Numbered from the stretch's first letter, positions 1-9,312 are shown. The stretch is DNA of 64,000 bases from a bacterium (GCA_030704665.1 JAUYID010000009.1:394460-458459), one strand, 5' to 3'. A program made the numbers and translations. Notes: generated from the sequence alone by a model not told the origin.

Positions 1-55
1 GCTCGATTTCATCCCAAGCCAGCTTCAAAGCCAAAGGTTGTTGTGTTAAAATGAG

Positions 56-805
56 GTGGCAATGTCCGGTCATTCCAAATGGAGTACTATTAAAAGACAG
101 AAAGGGGCCAATGACGCTAAACGAGGTCAAGCTTTTACTAAAGCCGGGAATGCGCTGACAGTTGCGGCTCGTGAGGGGGGAGGAAACCCCGATTCAAACT
201 TCAAATTGCGTTTGGCAATTGATGCAGCGCGGGCAGTCAATATGCCCAAGGAAAACATAGAACGGGCAATTACGCGTGCGACCGGTACCTCTGGAGAGAA
301 AAGTCTTGAAGAAGTTATTTATGAAGGTTACGGACCGGCCGGAGTGGCGATCATGATTGATGCTGTGACCGACAACAAGATAAGAACTACCTCGGAGATA
401 CGAAGCCTTCTCGAACGGGCTGGGGGTTCTCTTGGAGGCCCAGGAAGTGTAAATTACTTGTTTAAAGCAACCTCAGCAATAGATGTCAAAGCAGCAGATC
501 CAGACCAAGTTTTTTTAGCAGCTGCGGACGCCGGGGCTGAGGATGTTGAACAAAATGGAGAGTCAGTCACTGTTTACACCGTTCCTCAAAAATTAGAAGA
601 GGTCAAAGAAAAGCTTCGTGCAGCTGGTTTTGAAGTTACAGGTTGGGAAGTCAGTAAAAAGGCAGCGAGCCAAGTGGCGGTTAATGATCCAAAACAAGCT
701 GAGACAGTGCTGAATTTGGTTAACAGGCTTGAAGATCTCGACGATGTCCAGAAAGTTTATGCTAATTTCGATATATCCGAGGAGATTTTGGAGAAGGTTA
801 CATGA
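56..805 (+). CDS. yebC: YebC/PmpR-family transcriptional regulator (DUF28)
   Basis: 249-aa ORF with GTG start. N-terminal GHSKWSTIKRQK motif and overall pattern match the YebC/TACO1 family. A ruvC gene lies downstream, as in the conserved yebC-ruvC neighbourhood. Confidence 0.9.
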   Translation: MAMSGHSKWSTIKRQKGANDAKRGQAFTKAGNALTVAAREGGGNPDSNFKLRLAIDAARAVNMPKENIERAITRATGTSGEKSLEEVIYEGYGPAGVAIMIDAVTDNKIRTTSEIRSLLERAGGSLGGPGSVNYLFKATSAIDVKAADPDQVFLAAADAGAEDVEQNGESVTVYTVPQKLEEVKEKLRAAGFEVTGWEVSKKAASQVAVNDPKQAETVLNLVNRLEDLDDVQKVYANFDISEEILEKVT

Positions 806-1098
806 TTGGTTCTACTAAAGGGGAGGTTTCCTATACTAAAGCTATTTTCTCAGCCTTAATTGGTGGGGGTTTAGTATTTGTTTTTCTTGGTTTGTGGTTG
901 AGTCTGGAAGAGGGTAAACTGGTTTTTGATCCCGGAGCGCACCTTGTCTTTGCTACGGCTAAATTCTTTCATTTCTTACCGTTCTTGCACACAGAGGTGT
1001 CAGTAGTTGATTTGCTTCTTCTTGCTTTCCCTACGATTCTGGTGGCCTTGATAATAGCCATTTTGGCTAAGGTAATTTATAAACTAATTAATCGATGA
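802..1098 (+). CDS. small hypothetical membrane protein (2 predicted TM helices)
   Basis: 98-aa ORF whose start overlaps the yebC stop by 4 nt (ATGA). Hydrophobic composition; no recognisable motif. Confidence 0.4.
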   Translation: MIGSTKGEVSYTKAIFSALIGGGLVFVFLGLWLSLEEGKLVFDPGAHLVFATAKFFHFLPFLHTEVSVVDLLLLAFPTILVALIIAILAKVIYKLINR

Positions 1099-1406
1099 AT
1101 CTAAACGAAGCAGTTATTAAGACAAAAGAAGTTTCAGACTCCATGCCAGGAAAACAGTGGGAGATTTACCAAAGATTCAATGATTTGGTCGAGGAGGTGG
1201 GAGAGCTGGCCAATGCTATCCAAGTTAAAGAGGGATGGAAGAGTCCTAAGCGCTCGAAAGCTGATTTAACAGACTCAGTTTGTGATGTCCTTTACTCAAT
1301 TTTTTGTGTTGCCGCAATTTACAATTTAGATTTGGAGGAAGAGTATCCGAAAGTCCTTGCCCAAATAGAGGAGCGAAGAAAAAATGGGGACTTTAACCAT
1401 TTATGA
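1095..1406 (+). CDS. MazG-like nucleotide pyrophosphohydrolase domain protein
   Basis: 103-aa ORF that overlaps the upstream gene by 4 nt. The EEVGELANAI and KxxLxDxL helices resemble the all-alpha MazG/HisE NTP-PPase fold. Confidence 0.55.
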   Translation: MNLNEAVIKTKEVSDSMPGKQWEIYQRFNDLVEEVGELANAIQVKEGWKSPKRSKADLTDSVCDVLYSIFCVAAIYNLDLEEEYPKVLAQIEERRKNGDFNHL

Positions 1407-1512
1407 AATGGGTTATTCGTTTTCTCATAGTTTTGTTTATCTCGATAGTTTTTTGGTTCCTGTATTTTGTTATTAACTTTAAAGTTTGCTTTGGGTTTGG
1501 GTGTTAAAATTT

Positions 1513-2064
1513 ATGCTAATTTTAGGTATTGATCCAGGTACAGCGACGACCGGTTGGGGAGTCCTTAAAGTAGACGGGGCGAACGGCCGGACCAAATTCA
1601 TTGCTCGAAACTTCGGGATAATTGTTACTGATAAGGAAAGGGAAGCCCAGTACCGCTTGCTTTCTTTAAAGGAGGGGATTAGTAAGTTGATTGCCGAGTA
1701 CAAGCCCGATGTGATGAGTGTTGAGCAAATTTTCTTTGGGGTAAATCATCGGACCGCGATTGCAGTGGGTCAAGCGATTGGAGCGATTTATTTAGCCGCA
1801 GCCGAGAAGCATTTGCCGATTTTTGGCTACACTGGACTAACGATGAAACTGATGGTTGGGGGTAGTGGGCGAGCCGACAAGGAACAGGTTCAAAAAGGGG
1901 TTCTCAAATTCCTTGGAGTAAGAAAATTACCCAGTGTCAAAAGTCAGGCTGGAAAAGAATATTTTCGTTTTCGTGATGATGCTTTTGATGCTTTGGCACT
2001 TGCCCTCTGTCATCACTTTAAGACAGCTGGGCTTGACACGGGAGCAAAGATAAAGCCAAAGTAA
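1513..2064 (+). CDS. ruvC: crossover junction endodeoxyribonuclease RuvC
   Basis: ILGIDPGTATTGWGV N-terminus and DAFDALALAL C-terminal motif of the RuvC family. Start moved to the internal ATG at 1513 (MLILGIDPG), in frame with the track ORF at 1486. Confidence 0.9.
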   Translation: MLILGIDPGTATTGWGVLKVDGANGRTKFIARNFGIIVTDKEREAQYRLLSLKEGISKLIAEYKPDVMSVEQIFFGVNHRTAIAVGQAIGAIYLAAAEKHLPIFGYTGLTMKLMVGGSGRADKEQVQKGVLKFLGVRKLPSVKSQAGKEYFRFRDDAFDALALALCHHFKTAGLDTGAKIKPK

Positions 2065-2841
2065 ATGTTAAGCCTTACCAAAAGACAGAAAATTGCTATC
2101 AGTACCTTCTTTTTGGCAGCAGCAATTTTTTTGCTGCCCAATTTGACTCCCGACTACAAACTTTATGCCCTGGGGGCGATTATTCTTTTAAGCTACTTGT
2201 TGTCGGCCTGGTCGATCTTTTCTGATCTTTCTGGTTTGGAATTTCTGACTCTATTTGTTTTGCCGGTGACTTTGACCTCTAGTTTTGCTCTCTTTGTTTT
2301 CAAATTTGATCCTGAGCCGTTTTTACGCTTGTTGCTAGTAGGAGTTTTCGGGACAGTTTATTACACTATCTTGCTCGCGGAAAACATCTTTAACGTTTCG
2401 GCAGAGCGAAACATTCCTTTGCTGCGGGCGGCTACTACGGTTGGTTATCTGACAAGCCTTTTTGTCTCTTTCGCTTTCTTTTCCTTGTTGTTTAGTCTGG
2501 GGCTGTGGGGTTGGGCGTTTAGTCTTTTTGTTTTCGGGGTTGGTTTTTTCCTTTTCGGACAGGCTTTTTGGCAAATAAATCTTGAGGAAACAGACAAAAA
2601 GACCCTTTTTCGTGATTGTCTAGTTTGTGCCTTGATTCTAGCGGAATTTGCTTGGGTGCTTACTTTTTGGCCCCTATCTCCAGCAAAAGTTGGTTTAGCT
2701 CTGGCAGCCTTGGTTTACGTGCTGTTGGGGATAGTGCAGCACTTGGCCAAGGAAGATCTTTCGAGCCGAGCTTTTGTAGAATATCTTTTCGTCTCACTCT
2801 GTGTTTTCTTTCTTTTGTCAGCGACAACTAGTTGGGGATAG
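2065..2841 (+). CDS. polytopic membrane protein, unknown function
   Basis: 258-aa ORF starting immediately after the ruvC stop. About 7 hydrophobic segments. Confidence 0.5.
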   Translation: MLSLTKRQKIAISTFFLAAAIFLLPNLTPDYKLYALGAIILLSYLLSAWSIFSDLSGLEFLTLFVLPVTLTSSFALFVFKFDPEPFLRLLLVGVFGTVYYTILLAENIFNVSAERNIPLLRAATTVGYLTSLFVSFAFFSLLFSLGLWGWAFSLFVFGVGFFLFGQAFWQINLEETDKKTLFRDCLVCALILAEFAWVLTFWPLSPAKVGLALAALVYVLLGIVQHLAKEDLSSRAFVEYLFVSLCVFFLLSATTSWG

Positions 2842-3734
2842 AAGAGAGCAAAAGTCGAGTAGAGGAGTAGAGTCAAAACGGAAGAGGGGTAGATTTTTTG
2901 GAGCGCAAAAGTGATGCACTATGATATAGTAAGTTTCCACGTGTGGAAAGTATTAATACTATAGGGTCTTAAACAATCTTTACAAATCCCTGACAAAACC
3001 AAAAAAACCCGAAAGAGACTTCGTCTGACGCCCACGCGGAGAGAGTGCTAACCCCTTCTCTGTGGATAAGTGGCTCTCTTTTTACCACCTTCACAGTCTG
3101 TTTGGCTAGAAAATTTAATTTTTAGCCTGGTCTAGTGGGCTATTTTTATCCCCAACAAACCTAGCTGGTAATTATGAGTTTAGCCTGAAAATGAGGCTAA
3201 AAGCAAGGCGCTGTAAGGGCCCAGGACGGCTTTTAGATCCAAGAGATGCATCAGTAGTCGTCCGGACTTTAAATTTTAAACAAAAAAGACAGTAGGAGTT
3301 TTAGAAGTGTAGTGTCTCCTTGTTTTTCGAAGGTCTAATCTTCCACACACTCTTCTCTCGAAGCCGAATAAGCCTGGCTGAGGCTAGAGAGGTTCAGATT
3401 GTGATTACGTCGCACAATGTATCTTATCCGACGTAATCTAAGGCCCCCTGCCGAGATAGATTTTTATTTTCTTCTTTCTTCCCTTTCGTTGATTGAACTA
3501 AATTCTTCAGTAAAATCTAACGCGAATCCCCTCTAAGTTCATTCTCTAAAAATCTCTTAGTTTTACTTTAGATAAAAATCGATATTCTGGCTGACAGAAC
3601 GGTCTTTATTTGCTTATTACTTTGGGTGGGTATCCTCTACCACCCCGCTTTTGTCAGACTAAAACTAGAAAATAGATTGATAAATCAAGAAAAAAGCTCA
3701 TATTTAGCCTCAAGATTAAATTAAAGGGATAATT

Positions 3735-3778
3735 GAGAAAAAAAGCCGCGGAGGCCTAAAGGGCAGGTTTGCTTTAGG
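3735..3778 (-). terminator. putative intrinsic terminator of the LPXTG-protein gene
   Basis: On the minus strand an 8-bp stem (CCTAAAG...CTTTAGG) spans the stop codon and is followed after about 10 nt by TTTTTTTCTC. Confidence 0.4.
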
Positions 3779-4562
3779 CGAGGAAACGAGTTCGCAGTTT
3801 TCCTTCAGAGCTTCTTAACAAAAGTCCTGCTGCAAGGGTCAGTAAGACTGGAAGTACGGGAAGGCTGCTACCAGTCACAGGTAGACCACCGACATTTTCT
3901 CCGAGGACTGTCCCGGGTGTTTTAGGAGTTCCCGGCTCTTCTGGATTAGTTCCTGGTGTTGGAGTAGGTCCGACGTTGTTGTTATTGCCAGTATTTCCGA
4001 TCCCGATAGTGAAATTGATATCACCAGTGCTGATCGTTGCTTCCCCAGTATTTTTATCAGCTTCGTTGTTACCAGTGTTCAGATCAACCTGGGCTTGGTT
4101 GTTTATGTTCATCACGTTACTCTGATTGAGAGTCAAGGAGTTGTTTATATCAACCCTTGAAGTGTTGGTTGAGTTAGCACCGGTCTGGGTATTGGCGGAT
4201 GATGACGCTTCTGAGCTTCCACAACACGTTGGTGGGTTGATGTTGCTGCTGTTGAGTGTGTTATTTACAGTCAGAGAACCGTTGATGTCTCCGGTAGTGA
4301 TCGAGGCATCCCCAGTGTTTTTGCTAGCTTGGTTGCCTCCAGTGTTGGCGCTGATTTTGATTGTATTAACTACATTTGCTTCATTGTTTGAAGAAATAGT
4401 AACTTGGTTTGATGTTTCAACAGAGGCGGTATTTTCAGAATCAGCTCCAGTAGTGTCGTTGGTAGCGCTGTCAGCCAAAGCTAACGGTGCGGTCAGCAAC
4501 AGGGCTGCGATCGTGGAGCCGATAAGGGAGCTTTTTACAACTAGATTTTTCGTATGTACCAC
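3774..4562 (-). CDS. secreted cell-surface repeat protein with C-terminal LPXTG sortase anchor
   Basis: Signal peptide (LLLTAPLALADSA), then N/T/G/S-rich repeats of the form ANTGGNQASKNTGDASITTGD. The C-terminus is LPVTG plus a hydrophobic stretch plus RSSEGKLRTRF, a classical cell-wall sorting signal. Confidence 0.75.
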   Translation of the reverse strand: MVHTKNLVVKSSLIGSTIAALLLTAPLALADSATNDTTGADSENTASVETSNQVTISSNNEANVVNTIKISANTGGNQASKNTGDASITTGDINGSLTVNNTLNSSNINPPTCCGSSEASSSANTQTGANSTNTSRVDINNSLTLNQSNVMNINNQAQVDLNTGNNEADKNTGEATISTGDINFTIGIGNTGNNNNVGPTPTPGTNPEEPGTPKTPGTVLGENVGGLPVTGSSLPVLPVLLTLAAGLLLRSSEGKLRTRFLA

Positions 4563-6769
4563 CTCCCTCTGACCAATTTCAGAATTGTTTGGGCAGAGGC
4601 GGCAGTAATAATCAAGATAAAGATAAGGTTGCGCAGTGAGAGTCCACCCGAGGCTTGGTTGACGACCTGAGTAATATTTGGTGTTCCAAAGTTGTCCGAA
4701 ACACCCATGACTAAGGATTTTTTGTCTTGGCTTTCGGCACTGGCGCTCTGCTCGCCCGTGCTGCCGGGGTTGGAACCTGTATTGGAAGATCCTGTTGTGG
4801 TGTTACTACCCAGGATAGAGTTGATCACTTTATTGCTTGGGTTGTTTTTTCCGTGATCTAAGCCAGTAGAGCCAATGTTTTCTGCTGGCTTGCCGTCAGG
4901 AAAGATATCCCCATTGAAGCTTCCAAAAATATTCACAATACTTACGATCATACGAGAACCTAGAAAAGTGTTGTTCAGTATATTGAGGACGTTGGCAGCG
5001 ACGTTGACGTCTCCGGTCTTGATCGAAGCATTGCCGGTGTTCTTGCTAGCTTGGTTGCCTCCAGTGTTGGCGTTGATCTGAATATTGTTGTCAACAGTAC
5101 CTGAGTTGTTGACTTGAACAGTATTTGTGTTGTTGGCGCTAGAGTCAGCACTGTTGCTGCTGTCAGCTCCTGTTTGGTTGTTGACTGCCATCAGAGAGCC
5201 GTCAGGACCAACTACAAAGCTAAAGAAAGGAGAAGCTACTCCATCCTCATTCAGACTCATCAACTGACCAGTCCAGTTACCTAAATTGTTTACCAAAACG
5301 AGCCAGAGAGTACCGTCACTTCCAGCGGTGGTAGTGTTGGCGATGGTTGCTGTTTTAAGGTTGGCGTTGACATCCCCAGTTTGAATACTGGAGGTCCCAG
5401 TGTTTTTGTCAGCTGTATTATCACCAGTGTTGGCGTTGAGATTTATTCCGTTCAAGACGTTGGCGGTGTTGTTTACTCCAAGAGTTGAGCTGTTGTTAGT
5501 TGAGCTATCGGCAAAGTTGGCTGAATCGGAACCAGTAGTTAAGTTGGCGGCATTGAGGCTTTCCGGTGAAAAGATTGTCGAAGTTTCTCCGACTGGGGGT
5601 GGATTGAAGACAATATCTCCATTTAAGTTTCCGAAAACGTTGACTACCCCAAGCAAGAGTTCACCGGCTCCACCCAGAAAAGTGTTGTTCAAAAAGTTGA
5701 TCACGTTGACGGCAACATTGGCATCTCCCGTAGTAATCGTCCCGTCACCGGTGTTTTTACTGGCTGAGTTGTCACCGGTGTTGGCATCTAGAGTCGTAGA
5801 GTTGACCAGATTGCCGTTGTTGTCGATAAAGTAAGTGTTTGAAGTGTTGGAAGTTGCGGAAGCAGTGTTGCTACTCTCAGCTCCGGTGGTGTCGTTGCTA
5901 CTGGCTTGGCCAGTTCCAGCGGCAGTTTGGAGAACTTGAAGATCATCGAAATTCAAGATTAAGTCTCCGCTTTGATCATCCATGACATTGAAAACTTGAG
6001 CTCCCACGTTAACATTGTTACCAACGTTGATGGCGGTGAGAGTCAGGTCAGCATCCCCAGTAACAACCGAGCCGTCGCCAGTATTTTTGTCGGCAGTATT
6101 GTCACCAGAATTGGCTGTCAAAGTGGTCAGATTTTGTACATCGAGGTCGTTGTCAATATAAACATCAGTTGTGCTGTTGCTTTCTGAAGAAGCGTCGTTT
6201 TCCGAACCTGCTCCAGTGTTGGAATTGCTTGCCTCACCACTGACAGCGAGACAAGTTGAGATCGCACAAATGCTTGGATCCATTGCTCCAATTGAAACTT
6301 TGTTTGCATCTGAGCTTAGGTTGGCGACCAAACCTGCATCTCCGCTGACAACCGAGCCGTCGCCAGTGTTTTTATCTGAGCTGCTCTCACCGGTGTTCGC
6401 TTCCCCACTTGTAACGTTGAGGAGACTAGCGGTGTTGTCGACGTTGACCGAAGTATCAGAGTTAGTTGTGGTACTAGCGCTATTGGTTGAATCTGCTCCG
6501 GTGTTGGAATTGGTAGCGGCCGCGGCGGCCGCGGCTGCCTCGGCGGCGGCAGCTTCGGCTTCAGCCTTGCGGGCAGCTCTTTCGGCGGTCCATTTTTCGT
6601 ACCAGTTGTTTGGGTCATTCCAATCGATTTGGCTGCTGTCAGTTGTCGTAGTCGTAGTAGTGCCCGTCTCTCCTTCTGCTAGTACTGGGGCAACCAAACC
6701 AAAGCTTGAATAAGCTACCAAGAGTAAGCTGAGTAAAAGGCTAATTGTTTTTTGACTAAATTTTTTCAT
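4541..6769 (-). CDS. large secreted repeat protein (742 aa), paralogous to the neighbouring genes
   Basis: Signal peptide (LLLSLLLVAYSSFGLVAPVLAEG), a poly-Thr and Ala-rich linker, then at least 6 copies of the NTGDNxAxKNTGDGSVxTGDA unit alternating with NVxNxLNNTFLG segments. A C-terminal hydrophobic segment is followed by a basic tail. Confidence 0.75.
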   Translation of the reverse strand: MKKFSQKTISLLLSLLLVAYSSFGLVAPVLAEGETGTTTTTTTDSSQIDWNDPNNWYEKWTAERAARKAEAEAAAAEAAAAAAAATNSNTGADSTNSASTTTNSDTSVNVDNTASLLNVTSGEANTGESSSDKNTGDGSVVSGDAGLVANLSSDANKVSIGAMDPSICAISTCLAVSGEASNSNTGAGSENDASSESNSTTDVYIDNDLDVQNLTTLTANSGDNTADKNTGDGSVVTGDADLTLTAINVGNNVNVGAQVFNVMDDQSGDLILNFDDLQVLQTAAGTGQASSNDTTGAESSNTASATSNTSNTYFIDNNGNLVNSTTLDANTGDNSASKNTGDGTITTGDANVAVNVINFLNNTFLGGAGELLLGVVNVFGNLNGDIVFNPPPVGETSTIFSPESLNAANLTTGSDSANFADSSTNNSSTLGVNNTANVLNGINLNANTGDNTADKNTGTSSIQTGDVNANLKTATIANTTTAGSDGTLWLVLVNNLGNWTGQLMSLNEDGVASPFFSFVVGPDGSLMAVNNQTGADSSNSADSSANNTNTVQVNNSGTVDNNIQINANTGGNQASKNTGNASIKTGDVNVAANVLNILNNTFLGSRMIVSIVNIFGSFNGDIFPDGKPAENIGSTGLDHGKNNPSNKVINSILGSNTTTGSSNTGSNPGSTGEQSASAESQDKKSLVMGVSDNFGTPNITQVVNQASGGLSLRNLIFILIITAASAQTILKLVRGRWYIRKI

Positions 6770-6906
6770 TTGTTTTTCTATTCTTTCCTGGGCGGTTAAA
6801 AACCCACTTTTCCTTTTGTAAAAAATGTACTTTTAACTACCCGACCTCTTCCCGGCTCCCTGTCTCTCCGGAAAACCCGGAGAGACAAAGGGATCGGTAA
6901 CAGACA

Positions 6907-8070
6907 TTAGTTGCTGCTGTTTACATTTACGTCTACATCGACGTTGTTGTTGCTGCCATCAGCCTCGTCTCCGTTAACGGAGTTTTCGTTGGCACTGCTG
7001 GAAACTTCAACATCAACATCAGCATCACCAGTGTGCTGGTCGTCAGCTGTGTTTTTGTTGGTTTCGTTGTCACCAGTGTTTGCACTGATTTTTCCGCTGT
7101 TCTTCACGTTGGCCTCGTTGTCTTGATCGATGTCAAGATCGTTGTCAGCAGAAGCTTCAGCTTTGTTTTTTGAATCCGCACCAGTTTTTTCATTGGCGGC
7201 TTCGAGTTCAACATCACAGCAAGCGTCGACGTTTGCTGAGTTGGAGTTGGCATTGTTTTCAATTCCAACCTCAACTTTAGCGTCACCAGTGTCGACAGAG
7301 CCTTCACCAGTGTTTTTGTTTGCTTCGTTGTCTCCGGTGTTGGCTTCAACGTCTACGTCATTGCAGAGGTTGGCGTCGTTATCTTGGTCGATATCGACAT
7401 CGGTTTCTACAGATGCGTCGGCGTAGTTTTCAGAATCAGCTCCAGTGGTGTCATTGGAAGCAGAAACACTTCCACCGTCACCCCCGCTGATGCTAACTGA
7501 ATTCTCGTTTACCATATTGGCGATGCTGACAACTACTTCAGCGTCTCCAGTGGTGACGTTACCTTCACCAGTGTTTTTGTTTGCTTCGTTGTCTCCGGTG
7601 TTTGAGCTGACACTTACGCTGTTGAAAACGTTGGCCTCGTTGTCTTGATCGACATCGATGTCGTTGTCAACTGAAGCTTCAGCAATGTTCTTGGAGTCGG
7701 CACCAGTTTTGGTGTTAGAAGCTGAGACATCACCAGTACAAGCTCCACAGTTGTCAAGACTGACAGTGTTGGAGTTGGCGGTGTTGCTCAAAGAAACTGT
7801 GACGGAAGCGTCACCAGTGGTGACGGAACCTTCGCCAGTGTTCTTGTTTGCTGTGTTTCCACCAGTGTTTGAAGAGACGCTAATGTTGTTTACAATATTA
7901 GCTTCATTCTTCTGATCGATATCTACATCGTTATTAGTGCTGACTTCCGCTTCATTGTAGGAACCGTAACCCGTAGTGTCGTTGCTAGCAGTTCCCGCCA
8001 AAGCTGGAGTCAAAGAGAAAGCAAGGGATGCTACCGCAGATGCTGCAGCAGCAATTACTTTTTTGTTCAT
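6907..8070 (-). CDS. secreted acidic repeat protein (387 aa), same repeat family
   Basis: Signal peptide (ASLAFSLTPALAGTAS) and four copies of SSNTGDNEANKNTGEGxVTTGDAxVxV. Asp/Asn rich, consistent with calcium binding. SD AAAGGGGGTG lies upstream of the ATG. Confidence 0.7.
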   Translation of the reverse strand: MNKKVIAAAASAVASLAFSLTPALAGTASNDTTGYGSYNEAEVSTNNDVDIDQKNEANIVNNISVSSNTGGNTANKNTGEGSVTTGDASVTVSLSNTANSNTVSLDNCGACTGDVSASNTKTGADSKNIAEASVDNDIDVDQDNEANVFNSVSVSSNTGDNEANKNTGEGNVTTGDAEVVVSIANMVNENSVSISGGDGGSVSASNDTTGADSENYADASVETDVDIDQDNDANLCNDVDVEANTGDNEANKNTGEGSVDTGDAKVEVGIENNANSNSANVDACCDVELEAANEKTGADSKNKAEASADNDLDIDQDNEANVKNSGKISANTGDNETNKNTADDQHTGDADVDVEVSSSANENSVNGDEADGSNNNVDVDVNVNSSN

Positions 8071-8152
8071 TTGTGTTTCACCCCCTTTCGTGTTTAGATT
8101 TACTAAATTCCTAATAAATTTAGTCTCAACAATTTAGAGTGTTAAACAATTT

Positions 8153-8224
8153 CACCAAACAAAAACCGGAGGCAGAAAACCCTGAGAACAAAATAAATTT
8201 GTTCAGAGTTACCTGCCTCCGGTT
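8153..8224 (-). terminator. intrinsic terminator or attenuator hairpin (minus strand)
   Basis: An 11-bp stem (ACCGGAGGCAG/CTGCCTCCGGT) encloses a nested hairpin. On the minus strand it is followed by TTTTTGTTTGG. It lies between the consensus promoter at 8358-8387 and the start of the repeat-protein gene at 8070. Confidence 0.6.
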
Positions 8225-8357
8225 GCGGTCGGCAAAGAAATAAGTTTTGGGCAATTACTTGTTAAAAAGGAGCAGAAGATGTCGATCTCTCGTTAGTTTG
8301 TATTATGCCGCACTGTGTTCGGCGTAATCAGCGAAGAAGTTAGTCACTTCTTCTTTG

Positions 8358-8387
8358 ATTATAAGTTGCTTTCAAAAAACTTGTCAA
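8358..8387 (-). promoter_or_regulatory. sigma70-type promoter TTGACA-18-TATAAT (minus strand)
   Basis: Exact consensus -35 and -10 hexamers on the minus strand. The promoter points toward the 8153-8224 hairpin and the repeat-protein gene at 8070. Confidence 0.5.
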
Positions 8388-8414
8388 GACCCAACGGGTC
8401 TACCATAAAGCTAG

Positions 8415-8627
8415 CTATTTTAATTTGTTAATAGGCCTTGAGTAAACGTAATTAGGTCTTTTTGCTTCGGGTTTATTTGTTTTCCTGATGATTCTTTCGG
8501 TGATTTGGACGACTCGGCCTGATTCTATGTAGATTTCAATTGAACCAAATTCTTTGTTGGCCACGGCCATCTTTATCTCTTCGAGAAGACGGTCGCTTAT
8601 TGGACTAGTGGAAAACTCATCAATCAT
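8415..8627 (-). CDS. DUF2292 (YezD-like) small protein
   Basis: 70 aa. GSIEIYIESGRVVQITERI matches the conserved core of the YezD/DUF2292 family. Confidence 0.55.
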   Translation of the reverse strand: MIDEFSTSPISDRLLEEIKMAVANKEFGSIEIYIESGRVVQITERIIRKTNKPEAKRPNYVYSRPINKLK

Positions 8628-8751
8628 AATTTTAGTTTACAAACTAAATTTGTTGACTAGCTTTTTTTAATCTCCTTCGGACTCAGGTCCTTCGGTCCTT
8701 TTCTATTTCTATATAGACGGGCCGAAGGCGCTTTCGTTACGGGCTAGCTTA

Positions 8752-9312
8752 CTATCTAAAGTTTATTTGTACGGCTTGTTTTTCCCCACGTATTTCACCT
8801 AGTTCGATGGTGAAGTTTTTTTCATTACGGTCGATGACGAAAGCAACGTTGCTTCTTTTGACTGAAATTGGTCTGACTTCGACGTTGCCTTGAGAAACAC
8901 TCGGAGCGATGCGTTTGCCATCAGAGCGGACGAGACGAAACAAGTCTAGTGGTGTGGTGTAAAGTGGAACTTGATATTTGTTTTCTACTTCAAGGTAAAT
9001 AACGATAAAGGTCTTGCCGTTTCGGGCGGTGGCGTTTTGGCCCTGAACCAAAACTTTGTCGGTGATTTGGGCGTTGGTAAGTTTAATCGGAAGAGTTCCG
9101 TCGGTTGGTCGCCCATCTTTTGTGCGACCAATACTGTCAAAATTTTTCCCAATGTTGACTGAGGTTGAACTTGAAGAAGATCCGGTGTCACTTCCGATTG
9201 CGCCAAGAGCGGTCTTGCCAATGAAAAAGACGATGATGAGCCCGACAATTGCCAAAACTATTTTGCCGCGTTTTCTTGATAGAGTTTTTACTTTTTCGGT
9301 AAGTCTTGTCAT
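8752..9312 (-). CDS. membrane-anchored DUF4352-like protein
   Basis: Basic N-terminus, one TM helix, an S-rich linker and a C-terminal beta-rich domain of the kind seen in DUF4352 lipoprotein-like proteins. Confidence 0.45.
   Translation of the reverse strand: MTRLTEKVKTLSRKRGKIVLAIVGLIIVFFIGKTALGAIGSDTGSSSSSTSVNIGKNFDSIGRTKDGRPTDGTLPIKLTNAQITDKVLVQGQNATARNGKTFIVIYLEVENKYQVPLYTTPLDLFRLVRSDGKRIAPSVSQGNVEVRPISVKRSNVAFVIDRNEKNFTIELGEIRGEKQAVQINFR

Noticed and set aside
2842-3773. Calling an RNase P RNA or tmRNA in the long intergenic region
   Set aside because: Only a weak ACAGAAC-like string and a GGGTGG/CCACCC stem were seen. The P4 consensus (AGGAAAGUCCGGGCUCC) and a tRNA-like acceptor plus CCA end could not be found.
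4126-7915. Numerous plus-strand ORFs (for example 4126..4572, 5400..5834, 6171..6713, 7130..7426, 7658..7915) antisense to the three repeat-protein genes
   Set aside because: They are low-complexity translations (poly-A/S/P/L) of the complement of N/T/G-rich repeat coding sequence and lack starts with an RBS. They are artefacts of repetitive, compositionally biased DNA.
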